Shown piece after piece: positions 23,214 to 32,831 of a stretch of DNA of 34,065 nt. This stretch comes from Planctomycetota bacterium. Lineage in GTDB: Bacteria > Planctomycetota > Brocadiia > Brocadiales > Brocadiaceae. Numbering within the stretch: position 1 is the stretch's first letter; the number at the start of each line of letters is the position of its first letter. The stretch spans positions 1-34,065 of the forward strand of contig JAHFOW010000001.1 of assembly GCA_023261465.1 (NCBI GenBank). Reading direction: 5' to 3'. The notes beneath the pieces were generated by a model. That model was not told where the DNA came from. It saw nothing but the letters and a program-made list of their open reading frames with translations, and did not search any database. The translations under genes and the position numbers were made by a program.

Positions 23214-23948
23214 TCAGTAAGCCAGAATGTTTTGCCAGTAGAACGGCTCTGGTCGGCTAAGAATGGCGGAAGGACGAATGGTTAAATCGGTTTCATTGGC
23301 GTTTTTAATAATGCTGTAATAATCCTGATACTCAGTTTCGGCCGCATCGTTCCAGTTACCCGATGGGTAATAGGATAAAAACTTTCTGGCAAGACAATAT
23401 TTTAAGAATCCATAATAAAAAGGCGGGATGGTTGTTAAGTCCTCATCCGCCGTTAAACTCGTTATCATGACCTTACAGCCTAAAAGACAGGGGTAAGGCT
23501 GGTCGGGTGCTGGATAAAGAGTCACAAACGATTGCTGTGGCTGTTTGTCAAGAAATATAAATCCAGGGCGCGTATCCAGAGGCAAAAGCCTTGTCACACC
23601 GTAATATTGGGCTTTGTTTATTATCTGAAGCGGGTAAATAATACCTTGACCTGCGCTTGGAACCGTATAGTTTGCAAAACTTAAATCCACTATGCGATTA
23701 TTGGTAACATCCGAAGCTATCATATCGGATATGGAATAGGTCTGTTGACCAGAAACCAGGTTAAACGAAATTTCGGTCAGATAAGGGATATAAATGCTGT
23801 CGGAATCAAACTTTGCCAGAAGCTCGTTTAATATTTCAAGGCCTGATGACAGCATAAAAGCGTCAGGAGTTTCACCAACACCTAATTCTCCCAAAAGATA
23901 AAGAGCATTAATGATAAGTTCATTGGTTGTCTTTACTATCTGGGCCAT
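23214..23948 (-). CDS. Head-tail adaptor / tail tubular A-like protein (244 aa)
   Basis: The N-terminus ...IINALYLLGELGVGETPDAFMLSSGLEILNELL is typical of podovirus adaptor proteins as recalled. It follows the head genes. Confidence 0.5.
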   Translation of the reverse strand: MAQIVKTTNELIINALYLLGELGVGETPDAFMLSSGLEILNELLAKFDSDSIYIPYLTEISFNLVSGQQTYSISDMIASDVTNNRIVDLSFANYTVPSAGQGIIYPLQIINKAQYYGVTRLLPLDTRPGFIFLDKQPQQSFVTLYPAPDQPYPCLLGCKVMITSLTADEDLTTIPPFYYGFLKYCLARKFLSYYPSGNWNDAAETEYQDYYSIIKNANETDLTIRPSAILSRPEPFYWQNILAY

Positions 23949-23969
23949 GGGTCACTCCTTATGATGAAA

Positions 23970-24008
23970 TAATCAAGGAAAATCGACACATCCAAATGAC
24001 ATGTCGAT
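23970..24008 (-). terminator. Possible attenuator hairpin between the head and tail genes
   Basis: A 7-bp stem ATCGACA/TGTCGAT (23982-23988 / 24002-24008) with a 13-nt loop. It is followed on the minus strand by TTTTCCTTGATT. Confidence 0.3.
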
Positions 24009-24017
24009 GATATCGAT

Positions 24018-24221
24018 TTATTTCAAAGGAAACGCATCATCCAATCCCTGGCATACTTTACGACCAGCTGCCTGAGCTTTTTCGCCGTCGTTACTCATAA
24101 ACGCATTAAACTGCAGCATTTCTTTAGGAGCGCCGGGACGATTACCCATACGGGTTTTCATTTTAGCCTGTTCTCTTCTAACAAATTCGTTGTTAGATTG
24201 AACCATTTTATTGTCTTTCAT
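24018..24221 (-). CDS. Hypothetical protein (67 aa)
   Basis: The ORF is ATGA-coupled to the upstream gene. Confidence 0.55.
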   Translation of the reverse strand: MKDNKMVQSNNEFVRREQAKMKTRMGNRPGAPKEMLQFNAFMSNDGEKAQAAGRKVCQGLDDAFPLK

Positions 24222-24442
24222 TTGGATTTCTCCTCCAGTTTGTCCTTAGGCTTTTCAAGCTTCTTCTTTTGCGATTCCGCTTTTTCTGCCTTTTCTTTTT
24301 TCATATCCTGCTCAAGTTTCTTTCGGTATTCTTTAGCCTTTGTGGGGCAATCGAACCAAAACCCCGATGCCATCAATACTTCCGCTTCATCTTCCTCGAC
24401 CACTCTCATGGAATCGATTGGGTGAAAAACACATGTCAGCAT
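24218..24442 (-). CDS. Hypothetical protein with a K/E-rich tail (74 aa)
   Basis: An AGGAG Shine-Dalgarno lies 7 nt upstream, directly after the capsid gene. Confidence 0.6.
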   Translation of the reverse strand: MLTCVFHPIDSMRVVEEDEAEVLMASGFWFDCPTKAKEYRKKLEQDMKKEKAEKAESQKKKLEKPKDKLEEKSK

Positions 24443-24453
24443 CGGGTTACTCC

Positions 24454-25665
24454 TTAAGACAGTACTTTAACGGCGTATTGTGGATGCCATTTAAAGCCGC
24501 ACAGTAAGTCGATACGCATATAGTTCTGGTAGCCTAAGATGTCACCAGTTTGCGTAACCGCAAGTGATAAACCGGTCTCAGGGTCAACCGCAACGGATGC
24601 ATAAGGAACCTGCAGTTTGTAAAGTGGTGGACAAACGATATCAAGACCACGGCTTGGGTAGGCAACGTTACAGTTGTAAGAGCCAACCATAGTAACCGGA
24701 GCATTGTTTGGTATTGGGTTGCTCACGTTTCGGTTAGGATTCAAAGTATCCGAAATGATGATTGGAGCAACTTGAACAGACAGGTTACCAGCGCCATCAG
24801 AGCTTGCATTCGCTGTCACAACAAACTGCATATCCTGACCGGTAGAAGCACGACCAACTGGGTTCACAGACTGCACGCCTTCGATAGAAATCACATCCCC
24901 TACTACGAAGTAGTCGGCAGTGCTTATGGTTGCGCCATCCATGAGGATAGTGTTACCAGAGGCAACGGCACCGTTTACGAGCAGCGGGTCAGAAGAGAAC
25001 AATCGTGGGCCAGCACCGGCTATGTGATGCTTGATATTTTGAGATTGGAATATGTCAAAATAAGACAAGTGACCAATTGCTGAAGAGCGAACGATATCTT
25101 CGTTAAACACAGGCGTGAAGTTATTAAGCAGCGCACCTTTTAAGCTTGAACCATCACGAACCGTCATTGCCATGTAAGCATCAGAAGCAATATTTACGCC
25201 CTGCTCAAGCAATTTAGCACCAGCTGTATCCACAGTTGTGAAGGAGTTGATAGCAACACCAGCCGTACCTGTGAAGAAGTTAAGCTCCTGTTCGGCGGCT
25301 TGGGCTATATCTTTTTCCATTTGTGTAATTACTTCCTGGATTGCAGGAGCAATAAACAATCTGGAGAAATCTTCAATTCTTAAGGATAAATCTTGAATTG
25401 TGTAAGCAATCAGTGCGTGGTATTGATGCGCGATAACGATTGTTTCTACGGTTTCAATGATTGATTGGGGTGTTGCAACGCTACCATCACCTACGATGAA
25501 ATGGTTTTGTCTGCGTACTTGTAATGTGTCGCCGATTTTATAGCCGGAAGATACGAAGTCATCCTGATAAATACGGGAAGCTGTCATTACAAACGGTGCG
25601 TTGTTGGCAAACATTGCCAAAGCGGTATTACTGACAAGGTCAGTTGTAATAAATTGGTTAGCCAT
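24454..25665 (-). CDS. Major capsid protein (P22 coat-like family, 403 aa)
   Basis: The N-terminus MANQFITTDLVSNTALAMFANNAPFVMTASRIYQDDF...GDTLQVRR follows the P22-coat-family pattern as recalled. It lies after the scaffold gene and has a GGAGA Shine-Dalgarno. Confidence 0.75.
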   Translation of the reverse strand: MANQFITTDLVSNTALAMFANNAPFVMTASRIYQDDFVSSGYKIGDTLQVRRQNHFIVGDGSVATPQSIIETVETIVIAHQYHALIAYTIQDLSLRIEDFSRLFIAPAIQEVITQMEKDIAQAAEQELNFFTGTAGVAINSFTTVDTAGAKLLEQGVNIASDAYMAMTVRDGSSLKGALLNNFTPVFNEDIVRSSAIGHLSYFDIFQSQNIKHHIAGAGPRLFSSDPLLVNGAVASGNTILMDGATISTADYFVVGDVISIEGVQSVNPVGRASTGQDMQFVVTANASSDGAGNLSVQVAPIIISDTLNPNRNVSNPIPNNAPVTMVGSYNCNVAYPSRGLDIVCPPLYKLQVPYASVAVDPETGLSLAVTQTGDILGYQNYMRIDLLCGFKWHPQYAVKVLS

Positions 25666-25705
25666 CTAAGGTCTCCATTTGATCCATCAAATGGCACCTT
25701 TATTT

Positions 25706-26689
25706 TTATTTAAAGGTGCCAGCCTTCATCCGGGCTCTGATAACAGCGGCCGGAGTCTTATCCGTAATGGCTTGGGAGGAAGCTGGGTTTGCTCTAACAG
25801 AACCTAATGGCGCAGACCTTGCGGCCTGTGATTGCTTACCATCTTGTCCTGTGCGCAGAGCAAACGACAGCTTGTTTACTTCCCGTGCCTGATCCAGGGG
25901 ATGGAGTTTAGAGATACGTTCCAGTTCAGAACGGTTTTTGCCTAAGCGATAAGCGACATCGGCGGGGTTTTCGACGAACAGCAGGGCATCCCGCACTGCG
26001 TGAGAAAAAGGAGCATCATGCCCTCTTACCACATCGTCAAAGTCCTCAAATCTGTCAGAAGCCCTGTCAAACTCATCGTTCAGTCGCTCGTATTGCTTTT
26101 GAACGTGGGCATGACGCTGTGCTTCATGTGCCTGTCTTTCTTCATGTTCCTTCATTCCGAGAGCCATGCGTACAGCGCGCTGTATGCGTTCCTCTTCATT
26201 CGCACCGGGCGGCATTGGCTGTCCGGGAGAAGGATAAGGTTCTGGTTGATAGGTAGTTGCATGAGGAGTGGCGGAATCACCAACCATAAGGGCCTGCATA
26301 TGCGTTAACCGCTCGTGCAATGCTCTCATTTCCCTTTGGTGTTTTTTAGCCTGAGAATGGAGTCTTTTTTGGACTGAATTCCCATTGACCTGTTCTTCCA
26401 GGCCTTGATCCGCGTCTGACATTCCCTGCTCTTCGACGTCTCCTGGGCCTACTCCACCGTTCTCCACATCTTCACTATCACCGCTTAAACTTTCAGCTAA
26501 AACGTTTTGATCTTCATCCATGTCTCTACAACTCCGTTTGGCATCGTCCTGACACCAGTCATCAATTGGCTGACAACAAACCCTAGGCAATACGGTCGGC
26601 CTGAAACCCTGGGGAAATCCTTTACCCGTTGGATAATAGTATAAAGTGACAAATGTAGTGATTACACCCCATATGTACGACCCTTCCAT
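25706..26689 (-). CDS. Scaffolding protein (start uncertain: 26689 or 26521)
   Basis: It lies between portal and coat. The body from MDEDQNVLAES... is highly charged and helical. The first 56 aa are aromatic and Cys-rich, which is atypical. Confidence 0.6.
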   Translation of the reverse strand: MEGSYIWGVITTFVTLYYYPTGKGFPQGFRPTVLPRVCCQPIDDWCQDDAKRSCRDMDEDQNVLAESLSGDSEDVENGGVGPGDVEEQGMSDADQGLEEQVNGNSVQKRLHSQAKKHQREMRALHERLTHMQALMVGDSATPHATTYQPEPYPSPGQPMPPGANEEERIQRAVRMALGMKEHEERQAHEAQRHAHVQKQYERLNDEFDRASDRFEDFDDVVRGHDAPFSHAVRDALLFVENPADVAYRLGKNRSELERISKLHPLDQAREVNKLSFALRTGQDGKQSQAARSAPLGSVRANPASSQAITDKTPAAVIRARMKAGTFK

Positions 26690-26720
26690 ATAGAAGGGCC
26701 TTACCAGAGGTTATCGATGG

Positions 26721-28916
26721 TTATCTTTCAGAAGAATTGCTTTGATGAACGCTTGAGAGAACCTGAGCAAGTTTGGCGGAAAAATCCTTGTCTGCTTTTT
26801 CAAAGTCCAGTGCAAGACGTTTGCTTTCAAGGCCCATTTTCTGCCGTTCAATATCCCGTTCATCCGACATTTCCTGAGACTTCATAATCATCTCAGCCTG
26901 CTCTAAAAGATGCTTTTCTTTTCGAATGCGAAGCTCTTCAGCACGTTCCATTAACTGTTGCTCTTCGATTTTCATCTTCTGAGCATTCATGGCCATTTCC
27001 TGTTGTTGCTTTTGCATTTGGAACTGCATCATTTGTTGCTGGGGATTGGGCTGTTGGGGTGGCGCAGGCTTGCCTTCTTCTTCAGCAATAATTTGAGGAG
27101 GCACCAGAGTCTTAAATCGACTAGCAATCTGCGGCATGTATTGAACATCCAGATTTTTAGCCCATAAATCCGCAATGAGAGGGAAAGTTTGAGGGTTGGC
27201 TTGTATGGTTTGCTGAAAGAATTCGAGCGCGATGTCTTTTTGCACCGCAAAACTTGGCCCTGTGTCAATCTCCACATCATAATCTCCCTCATCGAGTACA
27301 TTTTCCCGAACCGGATCACCGTTTTCCGATTGCCCTGTTATTTTATTTAACGTGATTGGTTCTGTCCTTCCATCAGCCTTGGACACAATCATGTGGCGCT
27401 CATCCTCACCTACAATAAAAGGAAGAAGGTCTAAAACAACACGTCCACCCTGTTCTAAAGCCTGATTCAAGTTGTCAAACCAGACATAGGCAGACATCGA
27501 GCCTTCCATTTTTCGCTCACGTCTTGCTTTACCCGACATATCGCGACCCTGAAGTGCTTCATTTTCAGAAAACCCCATGATTTCGCGCATGTCCTGAGAG
27601 CCGCGCTGGAATTGTTGTAAAAGCGTTTGGGATAATTCCCACTGCGGCATTTTTTGTGGCATTTGCCCTGTTTTTGGATCAGGCTTTGCTATTAAAATAC
27701 CCGATTGCAGCTCGGGATTTCTCCATGACTGCTCATTCCCTTGTATGTTATCGGGTGTACCAAGCCATTGTTCACGCCTTCTATTCTTAATTTCTGCAGC
27801 AATCTCAGAACCTACATAGTTTACAAACTTCTGAGCGTCTTTGGCTTCATGAATAAAAGAACGGGTGTACTGCTTTCCATTAATGTAGTTGGAATCCCCG
27901 TCCACAAATATAATGGGAAGGTGTTTGGATGGCCAGTCTGTGAAATCTATAATTTGATTCTGTGTTAAAATGTATTGCCTGATTCGGTAATCTTTGCTGT
28001 TACGCTCACCTACCACCGTAGGAATATCCCTTAAGATAATATCCCCAACCACTTGAGAAGAACTGGCAAGCTCCTGCTTTATTTTTATTTCCCTTTGCAT
28101 GTCATCCCATTCTTCCTGGGTAACCGACTGACCGTTTGAAAGTAACAAAAGCTTTATAGGGAACCATTCTTTGCGTGTGTACTTGCAAACCACAATGGTA
28201 TCTCGGGTTTCCCATTGGAAATCGAGCAGTGATCGTGGGTCGGAATAGGAAACCGGGTTCATCACATGTGGATATGTGGCGTAAAACTCCTGCTTTGTAT
28301 ACAGGTATTGTCTTGAGCAGAAGTTACCATCACCTTTATGCGGCATCATAGCCGTAGGGTCAAAGGATGTGCGAGACGCATCGGGAATGAGCTCATATCG
28401 AATCGTTTGATTGAAAGACATGGGGCTTTCGTAATCCAAACAGATTTCAAACGCACCATAACCCATCATGAGAGAGGAACGAAACGCTGTTTGATAAACC
28501 AAATCGTTCTGACTTTTGTAGGATATCGTTCGCACAAGGTCGGCACGTAAATCAATCTGCTGCTGATGGGCCTTCCCGGTTAATGAACGCACCATCAAAT
28601 CGGGTTTATTCTTACGCTGCTCTCCAGCTATCTTCTTCGTGACATCGTAAAGCTTGTTGAAGGTCATTGCAGGTTTAAACAAGCGGGAGAACTCAGAGCG
28701 CTCGACAGCCGACCATTGGTCACGCAAAAGAAAGTTCATATCATCACGACCACGAACCACGTTTTCGTCAAAGTAGCCATCCCACAAGACTAAGTCTTCT
28801 CGGGCATTCTTTAGGACTTCTGCCTCATCAATCCCGGCATCTTCCAGGCGCTCGTATAATCGCTCACTAATACTTTCAATGTCATCCAGTGACATCTCTT
28901 CAGCAATGATTTCCAT
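26721..28916 (-). CDS. Portal protein (731 aa)
   Basis: Called from its size, its position upstream of the scaffold and coat genes, and a C-terminal Q/E/K/M-rich coiled-coil tail reminiscent of the P22 portal barrel. Confidence 0.8.
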   Translation of the reverse strand: MEIIAEEMSLDDIESISERLYERLEDAGIDEAEVLKNAREDLVLWDGYFDENVVRGRDDMNFLLRDQWSAVERSEFSRLFKPAMTFNKLYDVTKKIAGEQRKNKPDLMVRSLTGKAHQQQIDLRADLVRTISYKSQNDLVYQTAFRSSLMMGYGAFEICLDYESPMSFNQTIRYELIPDASRTSFDPTAMMPHKGDGNFCSRQYLYTKQEFYATYPHVMNPVSYSDPRSLLDFQWETRDTIVVCKYTRKEWFPIKLLLLSNGQSVTQEEWDDMQREIKIKQELASSSQVVGDIILRDIPTVVGERNSKDYRIRQYILTQNQIIDFTDWPSKHLPIIFVDGDSNYINGKQYTRSFIHEAKDAQKFVNYVGSEIAAEIKNRRREQWLGTPDNIQGNEQSWRNPELQSGILIAKPDPKTGQMPQKMPQWELSQTLLQQFQRGSQDMREIMGFSENEALQGRDMSGKARRERKMEGSMSAYVWFDNLNQALEQGGRVVLDLLPFIVGEDERHMIVSKADGRTEPITLNKITGQSENGDPVRENVLDEGDYDVEIDTGPSFAVQKDIALEFFQQTIQANPQTFPLIADLWAKNLDVQYMPQIASRFKTLVPPQIIAEEEGKPAPPQQPNPQQQMMQFQMQKQQQEMAMNAQKMKIEEQQLMERAEELRIRKEKHLLEQAEMIMKSQEMSDERDIERQKMGLESKRLALDFEKADKDFSAKLAQVLSSVHQSNSSER

Positions 28917-29015
28917 GCTTTCCCCATCCTTTGGGTTAATAAATTCTGTATTTAAAGAACGAGTTTAACAATTTTGTGTCAAACTCGCCTTTTAACACCC
29001 ATAAACTTAGGGTAT

Positions 29016-29264
29016 TTATGCTGCTTCAAGCGAAGTATCGTTAACCGGAAATGGATTTACAGCATCCACCAACACCCAATCATCGGACTCAAAATCCTCT
29101 ACGGAAAATATGAAGTTCCCAGCATTAGGATTGGGTGCTAAGACAATCTTCCACACATGCTTCATGCCTGGCAGAAGCTTTAAATACCCTTCAACCTCAG
29201 CCCAGGCCGAACGCCTTAAACCATGACCGTCGTGCAATTGTTGTAATGCTTCGTAAAACAACAT
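29016..29264 (-). CDS. DUF2829 (Tad2-like) domain protein (82 aa)
   Basis: MLFYEALQQLHDGHGLRRSAW...FESDDWVLVD fits the DUF2829 termini. An AGGAGA Shine-Dalgarno is present. Confidence 0.5.
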   Translation of the reverse strand: MLFYEALQQLHDGHGLRRSAWAEVEGYLKLLPGMKHVWKIVLAPNPNAGNFIFSVEDFESDDWVLVDAVNPFPVNDTSLEAA

Positions 29265-29288
29265 CCTTGTATCTCCTTTGATTAAAAA

Positions 29289-29549
29289 TTATGGTAATAC
29301 CGTTAACTGACAAGAACCGTTTGTAAACACAGCCTTGTACCACTGCAAACCATCAGATGCAGCTGTTCCAATTAAATCGGTGGGCAGCAAACTAATGCTT
29401 TGAGTGTTTAAGTAATTATCCAGAAATCCAGCTGCTGTCACTTCAGCAAGCGTGCTGGTTGGGCAATAAAGTCTGCAAAGCCTAGGAACAACATTGTTTG
29501 CTTCCCCTGCAAAGGTTGTGATTAAAGTAATTTGTGACTGTATACTCAT
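29289..29549 (-). CDS. Hypothetical protein (86 aa)
   Basis: The ORF is ATGA-coupled to the upstream gene. Confidence 0.55.
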   Translation of the reverse strand: MSIQSQITLITTFAGEANNVVPRLCRLYCPTSTLAEVTAAGFLDNYLNTQSISLLPTDLIGTAASDGLQWYKAVFTNGSCQLTVLP

Positions 29550-29911
29550 GACTGTCTCCGTGCCTTGTTGTTATTTAAACGGGATTGTTCAAAACAAATA
29601 TCTTCTATCATTAATCTGAGCTTATCGTTTTCTATAATTAAAAGGTTGGTCTTGCTTTCCAGGATTTCGTATTTTTCCTTTACCTCTTCCAGGTCTAATG
29701 CCATTGTTTTTAAGTCGTGCATGAGACTGTGCTTAATCGTCTTAGTATTAAGTATTTCTTCAAACATGATTGGCTTCTCCAATTCTTGTTCAACTAACAC
29801 GCTTTTTACCACATTAACTTTCATATCATTCATTTGATTAGCACAATCCGAGCATTCCCGGCTTTTCATGTTATATAGGAATCGACCACAATATATACAG
29901 CGCAAGGTCAT
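29546..29911 (-). CDS. Zinc-ribbon plus coiled-coil protein (121 aa)
   Basis: An N-terminal CIYCGRF...CSDC motif is followed by a long heptad-like E/K/L region. Confidence 0.55.
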   Translation of the reverse strand: MTLRCIYCGRFLYNMKSRECSDCANQMNDMKVNVVKSVLVEQELEKPIMFEEILNTKTIKHSLMHDLKTMALDLEEVKEKYEILESKTNLLIIENDKLRLMIEDICFEQSRLNNNKARRQS

Positions 29912-30195
29912 AGATATTCATGCCCCAGATATTCTTGCCCAAGCTCAATTCCAAAGCGCACGCCTTCTTGAAATGCCTTTTTATACAAAGCAATCTGGTC
30001 TTTTTGGAACTCAATTTTTGTGTAATTAATTTCCGACTTAATCATTTTGTCTACCTGCGCCATCATGACTTCCATTAAACCTTGCATGGGATCGCGTTCA
30101 GGCTCGTTTACATTGTTAACCTTACGATGAGCCCCACAGGTTCCTAGACATTCATCAAGGTAATTGCCATTTTCATCCACGCATTTACATGCCAT
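29908..30195 (-). CDS. Hypothetical Cys-rich protein (95 aa)
   Basis: I prefer the ATG at 30195 (MACKCVDENGNY...) because GGGAGA lies about 9 nt upstream. The longer form would overlap the upstream gene by 47 nt. Confidence 0.5.
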   Translation of the reverse strand: MACKCVDENGNYLDECLGTCGAHRKVNNVNEPERDPMQGLMEVMMAQVDKMIKSEINYTKIEFQKDQIALYKKAFQEGVRFGIELGQEYLGHEYL

Positions 30196-30430
30196 TTGAT
30201 AAATCTCCCTGTGCCTCATTAGGTTCAGCATGGCAATCCATTCTGAAACGAATTAAATGACTTCCCGTTAATTTTGCAATATTTAAATCTTCCGCAAAAA
30301 TTCTCATAAGCTGATGAAAAATTGGGAGCAATATTATTTCTTTGGTTGAATTAAAATCCTGTTCTTTTTCAACACTTATAAGAACCTCATGCTCTCCAAT
30401 TAACTTTGCAAGTCGCCTTTCTTTTACCAT
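30185..30430 (-). CDS. Hypothetical protein (81 aa)
   Basis: The ATG at 30430 overlaps the TerL stop (TGATG). The track start at 30433 is TTG. Confidence 0.5.
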   Translation of the reverse strand: MVKERRLAKLIGEHEVLISVEKEQDFNSTKEIILLPIFHQLMRIFAEDLNIAKLTGSHLIRFRMDCHAEPNEAQGDLSNGM

Positions 30431-31992
30431 CAAAATATCCTCATCACGGGGTTAAACATATCTACCGTTTTTTGTCCTTCCATTTTATCGCTTGTGATTC
30501 TATCGCTGGCTATCTCAAGGCACGCATAGCCCAGCGCATCCATTGGATGGCTTGACATATTTTTGTTCGGCTTTTCTTTGTAACGCTCTTCACCTGAGAC
30601 GGCCACTCGCGCATAGACGTATTCTTTGACAAATCCTTTAAACAAAGCAGGGCAAGCGCGACGGTCCAACACAAGGCCAGGCTTTCCGTCCACCATCTTA
30701 TTGAGAAAATATCGAACTGATGCCAGTCGTGGGTCGATATCATTGGTGCGTGCTCCTCTGGTAGGTATTCCGAGTGAGTTAAGCTCGCCAATGCAGGACA
30801 TTTCTTCTACAATCTCGTTCCGCGCATTACCGGCAGGATCGCCAATGGACAGCTCACCAACCTTGCAATAGGGGAAATCTTTCAGTAATGAAGGGATAAC
30901 AATGGAGTCTGCAAAAGTCCTGATACCCATGCCATCGCCAACGTATTCTTTTAATATTAAAAGCTGACCTCTGGGGCTTAACTGCAATACCACGCAAGCC
31001 GGGGTTAAACCAAAGTCCCATCCCAAAATAAGTTGCTGGCCCTGCATGGCGACCAATGATTCTACGGCATGAAAATCAGGATTAAACTCAGAATACACAC
31101 GCTTACCAAACCCGACAGAGCCATACTCACCCAGACAAAACACCTTGACGAATTCCTGACTTTGCCCGTGCGCAAGCTTTTCATAATAGTCTGCCGGTAA
31201 GTGGGAAAAGTTATCGCACTGTGGGTTTCTCACCCATTTATCGTCCTCATCCTTGATAAGCCCAGGAGGTTGTTTGAAAAGGATATGGCCTTCATACCGG
31301 TTTTCTTCAAAGTCTTTATAAATCCAATGATCATCTTCCGGAGGGTTAGTGTCTGCAATAATGCCCGACCAATAGGGCTCATGACAAAAGGCCTTGGACG
31401 GATATCGGTTAACCCGTCCCTTCATGTGTGCTAGAGCGGCCTTAGGGACCTCTGAGAGCTCGTTGATGTAACACCCCGTTAGCTCCAGTGATTTAATCTT
31501 TCGAACATCCTCTGGCCTGTCTAATGCGATAAACAGAAGCTCAAGCTCTACAATACCAAAGCCATCGTTAAACGAGTGCTCATAAGTGAGGATAGGCTTT
31601 TGCCGTTTGCGCACATCCCCTAAATCTTCAAACCATGAAAGCCAGGTTGCAAGGGTAGTTGTGCTTAGTTCACCACTGGTGTTTCGTACAATTCCCCATC
31701 GACTTCGCCTTCGGTTAGCATACCAACGGGGCATTTCAGCAGCTCTTCTAACAATCTCTGTTGCTGCCCACGTTGACTTACCGCTTCCGTAAGGCCCCAT
31801 AATGACACGCACAAAGCTATCGTCATCATGAGCCACATGGCCAGTGTTAGTTGGGACGTATATCTTGTCCTGGTCTCTTGCATGTATCGTCATCCTTGTA
31901 TCATCGATAGTAATCTGGCGCTCGGTTCCACGTCGCCTGGACTCTTCTATATGTGATATGCGCTTTGCAATACCTGATGCTCCCAGTGTCAT
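30430..31992 (-). CDS. terL: Terminase large subunit (520 aa)
   Basis: It has a Walker A motif GPYGSGKST, followed by an ATPase and nuclease layout of typical length. Confidence 0.85.
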   Translation of the reverse strand: MTLGASGIAKRISHIEESRRRGTERQITIDDTRMTIHARDQDKIYVPTNTGHVAHDDDSFVRVIMGPYGSGKSTWAATEIVRRAAEMPRWYANRRRSRWGIVRNTSGELSTTTLATWLSWFEDLGDVRKRQKPILTYEHSFNDGFGIVELELLFIALDRPEDVRKIKSLELTGCYINELSEVPKAALAHMKGRVNRYPSKAFCHEPYWSGIIADTNPPEDDHWIYKDFEENRYEGHILFKQPPGLIKDEDDKWVRNPQCDNFSHLPADYYEKLAHGQSQEFVKVFCLGEYGSVGFGKRVYSEFNPDFHAVESLVAMQGQQLILGWDFGLTPACVVLQLSPRGQLLILKEYVGDGMGIRTFADSIVIPSLLKDFPYCKVGELSIGDPAGNARNEIVEEMSCIGELNSLGIPTRGARTNDIDPRLASVRYFLNKMVDGKPGLVLDRRACPALFKGFVKEYVYARVAVSGEERYKEKPNKNMSSHPMDALGYACLEIASDRITSDKMEGQKTVDMFNPVMRIF

Positions 31993-32183
31993 TTTTCAAG
32001 TATCCTTCTGGGAGCGGGCGTTGTGTAATTGGGGCCATACCCTGTGCTTCGAAGATTTTCTTGTGTTGTAAAGCGCACACCGCATTTAACGCATTCTCGT
32101 CGTCTGTATATTTGATTGCATCGGTCATCCTTTGTTGTCTCAACAACGCGGGAGTCCGGGTACTTACAATTTCGACATTGCAT
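31989..32183 (-). CDS. NrdR-type zinc-ribbon mini-protein (64 aa, no ATP-cone)
   Basis: MQCRNCKYPDSRVVETTKDD...YRRRECVKCGVRFTTQE parallels the NrdR N-terminus MHCPFC...VIDSR......RRRRQCLVCNERFTTFE as recalled. It is ATGA-coupled to terL. Confidence 0.6.
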   Translation of the reverse strand: MQCRNCKYPDSRVVETTKDDRCNQIYRRRECVKCGVRFTTQENLRSTGYGPNYTTPAPRRILEK

Positions 32184-32369
32184 TTATTTACGCACTCCGC
32201 GTAATGTCCGATTCATTGTTGCCTTAAGTGATGGCGTGTGACGTTTCTCAGGCTTTTTAGTCTGTGTTGCAAAGTCATTCTTATAAGCATAAGACTCATA
32301 AGCAGGGGCTGTCTCAGGCGCCTTTTTCTTCTTGACCTTCTCTATCCATGTGTTACGAATAACGGTCAT
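32184..32369 (-). CDS. Hypothetical basic protein (61 aa)
   Basis: The stop abuts the next ATG. Confidence 0.45.
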   Translation of the reverse strand: MTVIRNTWIEKVKKKKAPETAPAYESYAYKNDFATQTKKPEKRHTPSLKATMNRTLRGVRK

Positions 32370-32377
32370 ACAATCCC

Positions 32378-32599
32378 TTATTTCTTTTTGTCTTTACCCA
32401 ATATCTTATTAGCTTTGGCATCTATTTTGGCTTTCGCAGAAGACGATAACTTACCCTTGTTTTCCATCTGTGTTGCCCGGGCTTTCGCGTTCGCTGCATG
32501 AGCACGGTCAGGCATCGGATAGGCTTCACGACCGGGTAATCCAAAGTCCGATTTAGGGAGCTTGTTGCGTTTGGCGGCTGTCAGTTTAGCCATCAGCAT
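32378..32599 (-). CDS. DUF6582-like small basic protein (73 aa)
   Basis: LPKSDFGLPGREAYPMPDRAHAANAKARA is a motif I recall from a conserved small phage protein family. Confidence 0.5.
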   Translation of the reverse strand: MLMAKLTAAKRNKLPKSDFGLPGREAYPMPDRAHAANAKARATQMENKGKLSSSAKAKIDAKANKILGKDKKK

Positions 32600-32617
32600 T
32601 TCTCCTTAAGGGATTTT

Positions 32618-32803
32618 TCAAGCTTCATCTTCATCATCCTTATCAAAGCTCTTTAATTCCAAATGCGCTTTAGATTCTATCCACTGCAAAAGCTCACCGG
32701 CTTCTTTCTTAAGCTTTTTAATCAGAAAGGAGGCAATGATGGGCTCAACTTCCATTAATTCTTTTTCAAGCTCGGGTATAATCAAAGAGGTTAATAAGCT
32801 CAT
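32618..32803 (-). CDS. Hypothetical acidic protein (61 aa)
   Basis: ORF in operon context. Confidence 0.45.
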   Translation of the reverse strand: MSLLTSLIIPELEKELMEVEPIIASFLIKKLKKEAGELLQWIESKAHLELKSFDKDDEDEA

Positions 32804-32831
32804 GTTATGTCCTTATAACTTTTTATTTAGA

